A DNA stretch of 17,687 nt from a virus: the UHGV virus genome UHGV-0277874; one strand, written 5' to 3'. A model generated the notes under the pieces. That model worked only from the letters and a program-made list of their open reading frames with translations. It did not search any database and was not told the origin of the DNA. Position 1 is the first letter of the stretch. Every line of letters starts with the position of its first letter. The translations under genes were made by a program, and so were the position numbers. Below are positions 17,087 to 17,687 of the stretch, piece by piece.

Positions 17087-17302
17087 TTACTCTCCTCTCG
17101 CAGCCTTACGCCTGTCTTCTTTAATCTTGAAATAAAGATTTGTCAGATACGTCAGCAGGCCAAAAACCAGGCTACCCAGCACACCGATTGCAGCCCACTG
17201 TGACGGAGTTACTTTATCGAGTAACTGCAATGCCCAGAAACCAGCATTACCAGCCGATGTGCCATAGGCGATACCTGTTGTTAACTTATCCATTGATTTC
17301 AT
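17087..17302 (-). CDS. S: Class II holin / pinholin (phage 21 S21-like) with dual-start motif
   Basis: 71-aa [74 protein letters not shown], near-identical in pattern to S21 ([23 protein letters not shown]...[13 protein letters not shown]...[20 protein letters not shown]). Two transmembrane segments. Met1-Lys-Ser-Met4 gives the antiholin (71 aa) / holin (68 aa) dual start. Confidence 0.9.
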   Translation of the reverse strand: MKSMDKLTTGIAYGTSAGNAGFWALQLLDKVTPSQWAAIGVLGSLVFGLLTYLTNLYFKIKEDRRKAARGE

Positions 17303-17489
17303 ATCCTCACCCCGATGTACACAGATGGTGCAATATGTTTGAAAAGATCGGAGTCTATGGGTTAGTTTTTATAGCAAACGTTGTTCTCAACGGCGCTAAA
17401 AAACAGACACATTAAAAATGTGGGTAATTATTTTAAAAGAAAATCATATATTAAATAATAATACGAGATATGTTTTCATATTTAGTGTA

Positions 17490-17511
17490 CTGTATACGGC
17501 CATTTATACAG
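17490..17511. promoter_or_regulatory. Inverted repeat (candidate operator) just upstream of the plus-strand gene starting at 17521
   Basis: ctgtata-cggccatt-tatacag: perfect 7-bp arms with 8-bp spacer, ending 9 nt before the ATG and overlapping the likely promoter/RBS region (AGGA 8 nt upstream of the ATG). Confidence 0.3.
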
Positions 17512-17520
17512 GAAAAGCCT

Positions 17521-17687
17521 ATGTCAGAACGTAAAGACTCAAAATCACGCCGTAATTATCTCGTTAAATGTTCCTGCCCAAACTGCACCCAAGAGTCAGA
17601 ACACAGTTTTTCAAGAGTACAAAAAGGTGCCCTTTTGATCTGCCCTCATTGCAACAAAGTATTCCAGACAAATCTTAAAGCTGTAGC
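17521..17687 (+). CDS. Hypothetical small zinc-ribbon-like protein (two CxxC pairs), 5' part only; continues beyond the window
   Basis: ATG 17521 with AGGA upstream; MSERKDSKSRRNYLVKCSCPNCTQESEHSFSRVQKGALLICPHCNKVFQTNLKAV... with CPNC...CPHC spacing typical of a zinc ribbon; divergent from the lysis cassette. No stop inside the window. Confidence 0.5.
   Translation, partial: MSERKDSKSRRNYLVKCSCPNCTQESEHSFSRVQKGALLICPHCNKVFQTNLKAV

Overview
This window is the late region (lysis, DNA packaging, head and tail morphogenesis) of a lambdoid E. coli-type prophage, with almost all genes on the minus strand. In transcription order (high to low coordinate) it reads: a phage-21-type lysis cassette (dual-start pinholin, YdfR-like gene, SAR endolysin, Rz with embedded Rz1); an AT-rich cargo ('moron') island with cspI-like, gnsB-like and ydfO-like genes plus uncharacterised small ORFs (the same gene order I recall for the K-12 Qin prophage); a candidate cos site; terminase small and large subunits; gpW; portal; and a ClpP-type prohead protease fused to scaffold and capsid-like sequence. 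That capsid ORF ends abruptly against a 3' remnant of gene Z, which suggests a deletion of the capsid 3' end, head-completion genes and most of Z, so the prophage is probably defective. Downstream is a lambda-like tail module (U, V, G/G-T with a -1 frameshift, tape measure H, M, L, and K running off the window start). All homology statements rest on reading the translations against remembered lambda, phage 21 and K-12 protein sequences; no database search was run. No integrase, att site, tRNA, CRISPR array or recognisable defence system was found. The six-frame track treats GTG/TTG as start codons, so several starts were moved to in-frame ATGs with Shine-Dalgarno support or lambda-homologous N-termini.
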